A DNA stretch of 28,810 nucleotides from the IMG/VR virus record IMGVR_UViG_3300011439_000510, positions 1 through 28,810 of that record. One strand, written 5' to 3'. This document shows, one piece after another, positions 24,537 through 28,810 of this stretch. Numbering within the stretch: position 1 is the first letter of the stretch; each line of letters begins with the position of its first letter. Source of the stretch: a virus. Its lineage: Duplodnaviria; Caudoviricetes. Below the pieces are notes generated by a model. It made no database searches and was not told where the DNA came from. It saw only the letters and a program-made list of their open reading frames with translations. The position numbers and the translations under genes are program-made.

Positions 24537-25712
24537 CTAGCTCTCAGTCATGTACACGACCGGGTTGGCGCTACTCACCGTGATGCTCGCCCCCGCCGCC
24601 TCATCCGTCAGCGCTGGCGGCGAACCGAGCGTGATCGTCGTTGTGGTCGAGGCTGTCGCCGCAAACGTCCCATTGTTGGCCGGTGTTGCCGCGCCACTGA
24701 TGGTCACCTGGGCGCCAGGCGCCACCAGGGGAAAGGTGCCCCCGGTGAGGGTCAGCACATTCGAGGCAATGGCGATTTGCGCGCTCGTGGTCACCGCAGA
24801 GCCCCGCGTAATCGACGCCTCGGTCGTCAGCACACGTGGCCCTGGGCCAGCCGTCGGCGCCGTCGCCGTCACGAACGTGAGGTTCGGAATCACGAGGGTC
24901 TTGGTCTGCCCGGTCGTGGGATGGGTGTAGCGCATCTGTGCCTGGAGCTGGGTATAGTTCTGCCGCCAGGTGATAATCGCCTCATTTTCTGTGGTGAAGC
25001 GCGGAAAGGTGATGGCCAATCTAAACGTAAGAAAAGCGTTTTCAATAGGTTCTAGAGGGTTTTGGCTACAGTTGGTGTAATCCTGAGCCATTGGTCTGGC
25101 CATCGTCAATGTCAGCTCGCTACAGCACAGATCGTCTGCCTCCGTCAGCGCGTGGTCGTGCGTGCCCACCCAGAGCTTGAGATGGTGATGCAGGAGACGC
25201 CGAGAATCCTGCAAGAGCGTGACGAGGTGTGCATGCGTATTGAGCGTCGAGTTGAGCTGCAAGCCGCCAGGAATGACGCTGGTGGTGAGGATCACACCAT
25301 CGGCGTTCGACGTCCACTGGATCTGCGTCGCCTTGCTGCCAGGATAATCCCAGACGCCCAGCACCTGCTTGTCTATCGAGATCGTCAACGCCTTCCCTTG
25401 CAACGAATCAATGAGGTCATAGCGCCCTGCTGCGAACGTGCCAAAGAAATGTTTGAGCAACACCCACTCGTTGGCGTAGCGCATCGGGACCACAATATCA
25501 CCCGTCGCGCTAAAATTGCCTTGCTCTGGCGTCCCGTAGACCGGAGAGCCCTGCAAGGACTCATCGGGAATTTCGGCGTAGACGTCGTTGAGCGACTCGC
25601 TGATGCTCGGCAGCACCTGGGTCGTGAGGACCGGTGTGCCGTAAACGACCTCTTCCCCTACCCCGATTCTGGTCAGGTACCCAATACTTGTCACGCTTGG
25701 TGGTTCGGCCAT
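24537..25712 (-). CDS. Major tail tube protein with C-terminal Thr/Ala-rich beta domain
   Basis: RIGVGEEVVYGT...LPSISESL...SATGDI...LLKHFFG and LTISIDK, resembling long (~300 aa) siphovirus tubes. C-terminal GAQVTISGAATPANNGTF..T..TTTTIT. Confidence 0.85.
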   Translation of the reverse strand: MAEPPSVTSIGYLTRIGVGEEVVYGTPVLTTQVLPSISESLNDVYAEIPDESLQGSPVYGTPEQGNFSATGDIVVPMRYANEWVLLKHFFGTFAAGRYDLIDSLQGKALTISIDKQVLGVWDYPGSKATQIQWTSNADGVILTTSVIPGGLQLNSTLNTHAHLVTLLQDSRRLLHHHLKLWVGTHDHALTEADDLCCSELTLTMARPMAQDYTNCSQNPLEPIENAFLTFRLAITFPRFTTENEAIITWRQNYTQLQAQMRYTHPTTGQTKTLVIPNLTFVTATAPTAGPGPRVLTTEASITRGSAVTTSAQIAIASNVLTLTGGTFPLVAPGAQVTISGAATPANNGTFAATASTTTTITLGSPPALTDEAAGASITVSSANPVVYMTES

Positions 25713-25721
25713 ACGGCTCTC

Positions 25722-25796
25722 CTAGAACAAAAAGACATACAGCGCCAGCCCGCAGCACGCGAGCAGCGCGACAAGGATGATGAACTCGCCCGTCAC
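25722..25796 (-). CDS. 24-aa hydrophobic peptide
   Basis: GTGA overlap with the upstream stop; MTGEFIILVALLACCGLALYVFLF; its stop overlaps the tube gene RBS (TAGGAG). Confidence 0.5.
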   Translation of the reverse strand: MTGEFIILVALLACCGLALYVFLF

Positions 25797-26725
25797 GACG
25801 TCAGCGAAGCCGCGAACGCTTCGACCGGGAGCGCGCATTGCGCCGCGTGACAGAGATGTGTTTGCCCGACCCTGCTGTGCGCCACCTGCTCGATCTGCAG
25901 CGGTCCGACGCGGTCGAACACACCCACCGTATGCACCGGTCTGAGCAGCGCGGCAATGTCTTCGAGCAGCGCCTGGAAGACCAGCTCACTCGCCTGACTA
26001 TCGTCCACGCTGAGAAAACCGCGCAACACCAGCCGCTCCTGCCCTCGGCTTTCCAGGCCTACGGAGCGCTCCTGCTGCACGCTCTCGCGCGTCAGCGTCC
26101 AGGCCCGCAGCGCGTGGCTGTCGCCGAACACGCCAGACGCCAGATCCGGTTCCACCGTCAGGCGTTCGTAGGGATGCACCAGGCCGATCTGTGGGAGGGT
26201 AGCGAGCTGCGCCGCGAGCCAATCGCCCAGCGCGCGATACGTCGTGACCTGGTCATCAGCGATGGCCTGCGCTGCGACCTGCAGGTACTCGCTGGCCACC
26301 ACGTACGTCTCACTGAAGTGGACGTCCACGGTATCGGCCAACCGACGTGGTTCCTGTCTCTCAAGTGTTGGGGCGGTGAGGTACTCGGCACTGCCGGGCA
26401 CAGTGACCACACTGGCTAACGCGCCCTGCACCGCATCCACCAGGTCCTGATACACGCGCTCTGAGGCGTGCGGGTCGTCCAGCGCCAGATAGCCCCGCAG
26501 ACGCAGCCGGTGCAACCGCTCGACGCCCTTGTTGCCACGCCAGATCTCGGCAGTCCCGGCACGCGACAGGCACCAGTAGCGCAGCGTGGGCAGCGGCCCC
26601 ATGACGCCGTTCAGGGCGGTCGGGTCGAGGGCGATGCGGTCGTAGGGGTAGACGTGGCCGATGTCAGGAATGGCCTGGAGCGGCGTCAGCAGGGCCTGCA
26701 TGATGTCAGCGAGCGGCATCGCCAT
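25793..26725 (-). CDS. Tail terminator/completion-like protein made of two tandem homologous domains
   Basis: Directly upstream of the tube gene. The halves align: IPDIGHVYPYDR/LPQIGLVHPYER, LRYWCLSR/LRAWTLTR and LRGYLALDDPHASERVYQDLVD/LRGFLSVDDSQASELVFQALLE. Confidence 0.8.
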   Translation of the reverse strand: MAMPLADIMQALLTPLQAIPDIGHVYPYDRIALDPTALNGVMGPLPTLRYWCLSRAGTAEIWRGNKGVERLHRLRLRGYLALDDPHASERVYQDLVDAVQGALASVVTVPGSAEYLTAPTLERQEPRRLADTVDVHFSETYVVASEYLQVAAQAIADDQVTTYRALGDWLAAQLATLPQIGLVHPYERLTVEPDLASGVFGDSHALRAWTLTRESVQQERSVGLESRGQERLVLRGFLSVDDSQASELVFQALLEDIAALLRPVHTVGVFDRVGPLQIEQVAHSRVGQTHLCHAAQCALPVEAFAASLTS

Positions 26726-26948
26726 CCCCTACTTCTTCCAGCAGCAGATCGACCCGCGCCAGATCCAGACGATCCATGCCTGCCAGCGCGCGCGCAAAGC
26801 CGTACGTGCGCACGAGATCCAGCACGCGAAAACGCTGCATACCGTCCGGCAAGGGCAGGACGCAGGCGTCGCCGACGCTGGGGAGGTCCTGGGGCTCGGC
26901 GAGGGTTTCCAGTATGGGTGTGTCTGCAACGAAGCAGCGGAGGTGCAT
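26706..26948 (-). CDS. Hypothetical protein (80 aa)
   Basis: Probable ATG at 26948 (MHLRCFVAD...LPSVGD...RFRVLDLVRTY); overlaps the start of the terminator-like gene. Confidence 0.6.
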   Translation of the reverse strand: MHLRCFVADTPILETLAEPQDLPSVGDACVLPLPDGMQRFRVLDLVRTYGFARALAGMDRLDLARVDLLLEEVGDGDAAR

Positions 26949-26957
26949 AGCGCATAT

Positions 26958-27060
26958 TCCTAGCATAGGGCACAATATACGAGGTATACTTTCTGTGTAG
27001 CACAATGCTACACTGGCTCCCGACCGGGTAGGGGTGCGCACCCCTCGCGAGGTCGGAGCC
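26958..27060. promoter_or_regulatory. Divergent promoter region with palindrome and leader hairpin
   Basis: TATACT at 26985-26990; GTGTAGCA-CAA-TGCTACAC dyad (26995-27013); GGCTC(C)CGACC/GGTCGGAGCC stem enclosing the AGGGGTGCGCACCCCT palindrome. Confidence 0.6.
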
Positions 27061-27104
27061 TCTACTCTGACACCCGGTCCTCGACATCGTAGAGGAGATG
27101 TCTC

Positions 27105-27494
27105 ATGTCCACGTCACCGATCACCTGCCCAGATTGCGCCGTCCCTGAAGGCCACGTCCATGTCTTTGGTTGCGACATGGAAATCTGCCGCCATGGCGAA
27201 CAGCTCATCAGTTGTGAGCACTGTCACTTTCGCTCCCGACCACCGAAGCGCCGCTTTCCGTTCATATGGTATCCGCTCCTGTGTGCCCGGTGTGGCGTCC
27301 ATGATCCCGATTTCTTTGGTGTCCCAGACAGCGAATGGGAACGCTATATCTCGCCAGAGAAGCGTCATGAGATCCTTTGCAAACCCTGCTACGACTCCAT
27401 TGCCGTGCTCATTGATACGCACCATCCCCGGCCACAGACGCCGTCAGTGCCCCAGCGGGGCGAGTCTGCCTTTGCTCTGGAGGCCGACGCATGA
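27105..27494 (+). CDS. Cys-rich double Zn-finger protein (moron, opposite to the late operon)
   Basis: GAGGAG RBS; CPDC...H..GCD.E.C...LISCEHC and CARC...LCKPC. Confidence 0.8.
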   Translation: MSTSPITCPDCAVPEGHVHVFGCDMEICRHGEQLISCEHCHFRSRPPKRRFPFIWYPLLCARCGVHDPDFFGVPDSEWERYISPEKRHEILCKPCYDSIAVLIDTHHPRPQTPSVPQRGESAFALEADA

Positions 27495-27724
27495 GCCTCC
27501 TCCAACTCGAAATGTACGATGCCCTCAAAGCCGCTGGCACGCCTGAGCCGGAAGCCCGCGAAGCCGCCAAAGTCGCCGCCGATGCTGATACCAGACTCAT
27601 CAGCATGGCCGAACGTCTCAACGGTATCGACAGCAAGCTTACGCTGGTCATCGGCGTCATGCTTGTCGGCTTTGGGGCCATGCTTGCCGCGTTCTGGCAA
27701 ATCTTTCTGCGCCTCCCGCGCTAA
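27491..27724 (+). CDS. Coiled-coil plus C-terminal TM protein (DUF1640/CCDC90-like; moron)
   Basis: EMYDALKAAGTPEPEAREAA...RLNGIDSKL followed by a TM helix; ATGA coupling. Confidence 0.75.
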   Translation: MSLLQLEMYDALKAAGTPEPEAREAAKVAADADTRLISMAERLNGIDSKLTLVIGVMLVGFGAMLAAFWQIFLRLPR

Positions 27725-28224
27725 CTCCCCCCCTGTAACAGCCGCGCCGCCCGCTGCATCGCCTGCGCCAACATCCCCTGCGCCCGCGGCGCTACGGCGG
27801 CGATCGCGTCCCGGAACATATGGCGCCCGCGTGTCCCGCGCCGGGCGATCGCCCGCTGCACGGCGTAGGCGGCGCGCTCGTTCCCCAGCACCCGTCTGGC
27901 CCACAGGAGCAGCGGCCCGATCGGGGCCCAGTGCGGCGCCGTCCCCTCTTCCACATACGGCGCGTAGGGTGCCTGGGCCCCTGTAAAGACCGTGCCACGG
28001 ATGGCGGCGCTGAGCGAGGTGCCCGTGGTCACGTCGGTGGCGATGGAGGCGCGCAGCACGCCGGTGTTGACGGGTGTACGCTGCCGCGCTTCGCTGGCGA
28101 CGTCTTCGACGATGGCGCGCACGGCCATACTCGCCTCACGATAGATCACCTGGCGGCTCTGCACCGGATCAAGCACGGGGATGCGGGGGACCGTCAGCTT
28201 GTAGGTGATGAATGGTGCAGCCAT
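27721..28224 (-). CDS. HK97 gp10-like tail completion/neck protein
   Basis: ARQRTPVNTGVLRASI, APYAPYVEEGT and IARRGTRGRHMF; ATG at 28224 via TGATG overlap. Confidence 0.9.
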   Translation of the reverse strand: MAAPFITYKLTVPRIPVLDPVQSRQVIYREASMAVRAIVEDVASEARQRTPVNTGVLRASIATDVTTGTSLSAAIRGTVFTGAQAPYAPYVEEGTAPHWAPIGPLLLWARRVLGNERAAYAVQRAIARRGTRGRHMFRDAIAAVAPRAQGMLAQAMQRAARLLQGGS

Positions 28225-28466
28225 CAGCCCACCTGCCAACGGGCACGCAAGAAATGGACATAATCAAACGGGAACTGTTGCATCACGGCCAATTCCGCCA
28301 ACGGCAAGCGCTCCTCATCCTCATAGACATACACACTCGGCTGCCTCCTATCCCAGTATCCTCCCTCAATCACCCAGCGGTATGGACGTTCGCCGGGTCG
28401 TTGTGCGGGTCGCTCTCGGTCGCCGAGCGCATAGAGCAGGCTCTCCTGCACCTGCCTCAGCATCAT
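28224..28466 (-). CDS. Hypothetical protein, probable insertion
   Basis: Probable ATG at 28466 (MMLRQVQ...), visibly more AT-rich than its neighbours; start uncertain. Confidence 0.5.
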   Translation of the reverse strand: MMLRQVQESLLYALGDRERPAQRPGERPYRWVIEGGYWDRRQPSVYVYEDEERLPLAELAVMQQFPFDYVHFLRARWQVG

Positions 28467-28495
28467 CCTACTTGCCTCAACGGCATCGTCCCAGC

Positions 28496-28810
28496 TTACC
28501 CTACCTGCCTCACATGCAGCTTCAGCCATGGATGTCCGCCCCCCCCCACGATGTTGAGCACCTGCCACGTCGTGCCGTCCGCGCGGTCAAAATCGTCGTA
28601 GCGCGTCGGCATCCACGTGACCAGCGCCGTCTGGATACGGCACTCCAGGTCATTGCGCAGGATCTGCTCCAGGTCGATCTCGCTGGCGCGAAAGTGCTTG
28701 AGGCGCGCCGGCACGTCCGTATACACCACCGGTGTGGCGTTCGGCGCGCGACGGTTGCGGTAGGTGAGCAGCTCCATGAGGTCGCCGTACATCGCGACTG
28801 CGTGCTGCGC
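28496..28810 (-). CDS. Head closure/head-tail joining protein-like (may begin beyond the right edge)
   Basis: ~100-aa beta-rich protein (PTRYDDF..ADGTTWQVLNI...LKLHVRQ) upstream of the gp10-like gene; the frame is open to the window end. Confidence 0.65.
   Translation of the reverse strand, partial: AQHAVAMYGDLMELLTYRNRRAPNATPVVYTDVPARLKHFRASEIDLEQILRNDLECRIQTALVTWMPTRYDDFDRADGTTWQVLNIVGGGGHPWLKLHVRQVG

Larger units (their letters stand above)
1..28810. mobile_element. Temperate tailed phage (siphovirus-like), partial genome
   Basis: Contains integrase and att site, cI/cro/xis, replication initiator, tape measure, tail tubes, tail chaperone with frameshift, HK97 gp10-like and tail fibre genes. 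No sheath gene and no host housekeeping genes are visible. Confidence 0.95.

Overview
The whole window is part of a temperate, high-GC siphovirus-like phage. From left to right it holds: (i) an accessory block (partial XRE gene on the minus strand, divergent small ORF, SWIM Zn-finger protein, secreted DUF4124-like protein); (ii) an attachment site whose core is the 3' half of tRNA-Arg(UCU), with arm-type repeats on both sides, so most likely attP of an excised or free genome; (iii) a tyrosine integrase, a lambda-like cI/cro switch with three operators, an Xis-like HTH and a replication initiator with internal iterons; (iv) small early genes, three membrane peptides and a secreted beta-helix/FN3 protein; (v) a convergent minus-strand late operon running from head-tail joining genes through tail genes to holin-like genes. 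The most unusual part is the tail: an internally duplicated two-domain terminator-like protein, two paralogous tail tube genes, and a tail-tip carbohydrate-binding module interrupted by a nested domain and split across two genes. Other oddities are a spare C-terminus after the beta-helix gene, a nested transposase-type HTH gene, an inverted moron in the tail operon and no visible endolysin. A Tectomicrobia/Entotheonella-like host is a tentative inference. All family calls are from motif recognition by eye; no searches were run.
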